Shown piece by piece: positions 55,901 to 57,016 of a stretch of DNA of 57,016 nucleotides. Location of the stretch: contig CAYRBY010000003.1 of assembly GCA_964422635.1 (NCBI GenBank), forward strand, positions 1 to 57,016. The letters run 5' to 3'. Made by a program: the position numbers and the translations under genes. The DNA comes from an uncultured bacterium (GTDB taxonomy: Bacteria; Omnitrophota; Omnitrophia; Omnitrophales; Aquincolibacteriaceae). Numbering within the stretch: position 1 is the first letter of the stretch; each line of letters opens with the position of its first letter. The notes under the pieces were generated by a model. The model saw nothing but the letters and a program-made list of their open reading frames with translations. It had not been told where the DNA came from and ran no database searches.

Positions 55901-57016
55901 CGGACTCCCTCGCTCATAATCATCCGCAATCACATGACTGTCGGCTAACGTATAATCGGCCTGCCCGTCCAGAACGGGCCGGCCGACACTGACGTAATGG
56001 ATACCGGCGGTTTTCAAACTTTCAAGCGTGTAAAGAGTTTCACCGTTGGCACGAAGCCCAAAAAGGTTAATCCCATCAAACAGATACTTTGCTCCGAGAC
56101 TCTGTTTAAGCTTGGGCAAATCGAGTTTCTTTAAATCCGTATTGGCGTCGGTAGGAATGACTACAAAATCCGCACTGGCTGAGGCCGTGTAAATATCAAG
56201 ATCGGGTGTCCCCTCGTCGACTCCATAAAAACGAACTCGACGGTCTTTGAGAATTTTGGCCATAGAATCATGCTCATTAGCCTTAATTCTATCGAGCCAC
56301 TCTTTTAACGATTGGCGGGCAAGCGGATCAGCGACATAAAACTCTGTAACACCTGAGGAAACCAGCTGGCGGATAATACGCTTGGCCGGCGATTTGGTCA
56401 CCCGGGTGTCCCCTTCGCGATACCCCACACCAATGAGCGCTGCCTTGCGCCCTTTCAGGTCTCCGACATAGGCGGATATTTTGTCTGAAAAATCCTGCAG
56501 ATTGCGCTTATTGATATCGGTAATTGTTTCCAACTCAAAAAGAAAGTGAAGAATAGGCGGGAGTTTATCAAGAATGTCTTTAACGGTTAGATCGCTTTCG
56601 GGATCCTCGGCGATTTCCCGGAGCATGGCAACGCTGTCAGAAAGCCGCCGCTCAATAATTTCAAGTTTCTTTTGCTTCGTGTCCTGCTTTTCGCGTTCCG
56701 TGAAAAAGTCAGGCCGGGCTTCAAGAGAAGCAAGAACCTCTTCCAGGCGCTCCTCCCTGACCCATTCCAAAAATTGAGCGAGACGTCCGCCAAACCCCAA
56801 AGAAGGATTCGTGAAAAGTTTCCGGATGCGTTTGTCTAGCCCCGCGCCGTAAGCCACAGCACTGAGATCTGCGCCATAGCGCTCAGATACTTTGGCCAAA
56901 TCATTAAAGTGCGCGAGTTTTGCAGCCAGATAGAGAAACAAATCATTCTTGGTCTGCTCCGCGCTCGGAGCACTCATAAAGTCAGGGTTGTCAAAATTAG
57001 CCCTGAGCATTTGGAG
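52958..57016 (-). CDS. large modular protein (at least 1,350 aa, 5-prime end outside the window): tandem UDP-glucose-dehydrogenase-like modules, RSELR, shared tail
   Basis: The frame is open to the window edge (codons LQ precede the first Met at 57010). The first residues already lie in the middle of a UDPGDH-type central domain, so the true start must be upstream of the window. Confidence 0.85.
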   Translation of the reverse strand, partial: LQMLRANFDNPDFMSAPSAEQTKNDLFLYLAAKLAHFNDLAKVSERYGADLSAVAYGAGLDKRIRKLFTNPSLGFGGRLAQFLEWVREERLEEVLASLEARPDFFTEREKQDTKQKKLEIIERRLSDSVAMLREIAEDPESDLTVKDILDKLPPILHFLFELETITDINKRNLQDFSDKISAYVGDLKGRKAALIGVGYREGDTRVTKSPAKRIIRQLVSSGVTEFYVADPLARQSLKEWLDRIKANEHDSMAKILKDRRVRFYGVDEGTPDLDIYTASASADFVVIPTDANTDLKKLDLPKLKQSLGAKYLFDGINLFGLRANGETLYTLESLKTAGIHYVSVGRPVLDGQADYTLADSHVIADDYERGSPQLAAKAIGEYEAYLLSLETDDARKKKLEDIFGTPELDQREAKAVPVTQKRVAVIGGGYVGLTTGANLADLGNDVTVLDIPQRKRAMDALNSQATEVPIHEPGLRDLIIKGKESGRIRFQASPEEYEKGVREASIVYLAVGTPQQDNGAQDPSYINGAMRDIAAIIKRQAAESGREAAFKTIVIKSTVTPRVFEDAVKILEQEFGLKPGIDYGFVSNPEFLREGQAIKDITTDLDRTVLGFYSSMPPEARKRVEKDLLELWYPLMLRTPHTVLLTDTATSTLIKYAANAFLAVSITTANVMAQDAALEIEGSNFREIAPRLRKDQRVGGNAFLNEGCGYGGSCFPKDVRAVNYLSDEQAGRSLLMIVLADQLNQYFKTADVKRLIEQLRGAKAIGTKAILQGKVIALLGMAFKAETDDMREAPSAHVLYELLKLEVQQVRIDDPIFRTPDAPRKEAIISNYLGELYKHFKYDGDFEKAFDGYLKSGALEDQSAQRQLFARLRFNPVFQRQLRERMVADHKLTLSEEAFRKSYGNYFDARSPKDPWEDDQSAQFLTRPLIQSFQNLLRDKRLDLSVIKEFYFREIFFKERYEATNRVVFVNQAEEALSYETPAGSKPADAALLITDWDEYKKLDYAKFSGQLLIDTRNTLYSRAPKLTADLNINLIGPGRRTPPLGSIRSELRLAETSSVFESLVQADGVNPATTADFHAKVLSLPAPESVDVGQFLEHHPDFIPKDQVAGAVAAAFVSDELIRSEDPASLEYVRLRLSSPPETAEEEPVVLKEARAALGKYSWLLDHAKTPGQIVLPLEQDQSSDELFRVAVVLAAADRGNLFAFLVNGSPQQARSQASRVAARQDELKISASRVIEQFKFVSTDGSPASYVRAVKQLYSENKELDSAVVGERMDWLDKLGYIPRMQRIFNERLDRNTAILVASALLRQLSDQYDVVRMDDLLKKFDINLDELVENVSRMIQVINHLATQA
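52961..53857 (-). other. C-terminal tail domain shared by the three large proteins (aa 1052-1350)
   Basis: Starts RSELR-LAETSS, compare RSELR-LAATPD in the 4,555-aa protein. Ends ...ILVASALLRQLSDQYDVVRMDDLLKKFDINLDELVENVSRMIQVINHLATQA. Confidence 0.5.
53858..53872 (-). other. RSELR junction motif (1,350-aa protein, aa 1047-1051)
   Basis: Coding strand cgt tcg gag ctt cgg. Context LGSI-RSELR-LAETSS. Confidence 0.95.
53873..55756 (-). other. complete UDP-glucose/GDP-mannose dehydrogenase-like module with a large insertion (aa 419-1046)
   Basis: Rossmann motif VAVIGGGYVGLTTGANLADLGNDVTVLDI. Catalytic Cys motif GYGGSCFPKDV. C-terminal domain VIALLGMAFKAETDDMREAPS. An insertion of roughly 170 aa lies between DDPIF and VVFVNQAEEAL. 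Confidence 0.75.
55976..57016 (-). other. partial, apparently degenerate UDPGDH-like module (aa 1 to ~345; boundaries approximate)
   Basis: Central-domain-like LYLAAKLAHFNDLAKVSERYGADLSAVAYGAGLDKRI. The catalytic position reads GFGGRLAQF where GGSCFPKD is expected. The C-terminal domain is AALIGVGYREGDTRVTKSPAKRI...YVADP. Confidence 0.5.

Noticed and set aside
10795-57016. RSELR copies as a DNA-level repeat family, mobile element or CRISPR-like array.
   Set aside because: The 15-nt sites differ in synonymous positions and their flanks are unrelated. Spacing is irregular (0.5-3 kb) and all copies are in frame inside ORFs. No regularly spaced direct repeats exist anywhere in the window.
1-57016. 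Prophage, integrase, transposase, toxin-antitoxin or defence-island genes.
   Set aside because: No ORF shows the corresponding catalytic motifs. The two excisionase-type HTH domains are fused to a bactofilin and to a membrane anchor, and they are not next to any recombinase.

Overview
This is a gene-dense bacterial chromosomal window of 57,016 nt, with most genes on the minus strand.

Ordinary content:
- An otsB-otsA-treS trehalose block.
- Four tRNAs: Tyr-GTA, Thr-TGT, Ala-GGC and Glu-TTC.
- clpB, a class-III aminotransferase / aldehyde dehydrogenase pair, surE, a YdjC/ChbG-type deacetylase, acpS, a Sua5/TsaC gene and an MFS transporter.
- A plus-strand envelope block: a transglutaminase-like protein, an ABC ATPase plus permease, two large polytopic membrane proteins, an LbH acetyltransferase, a GT2 and a DegT aminotransferase.

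The outstanding content is three very large minus-strand ORFs: 3,019 aa, 4,555 aa, and one of at least 1,350 aa that is cut by the window edge. Together they cover about 47% of the window and share one architecture.
- Each is a chain of enzyme-like modules. Recognisable types are a glycogen-synthase-like GT5, UDP-glucose-dehydrogenase-like modules, an NDP-sugar-pyrophosphorylase-like module, four methyltransferase-like modules, a PEP-utilizing-enzyme-like module and a kinase-like module. Several modules match nothing I recognise.
- Every module junction carries the invariant pentapeptide RSELR. There are 15 copies, encoded with many different synonymous codons.
- The two complete proteins share a signal/anchor plus a roughly 540-aa N-terminal domain. 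All three end in a related tail of about 300-350 aa.

I do not recognise this as a described system. The most economical reading is a punctuated polyprotein or multi-enzyme cargo system in which RSELR is a processing or recognition site. That reading is inference.

All domain calls come from motif recognition by eye, with no database search. I saw no CRISPR array, transposase or integrase.
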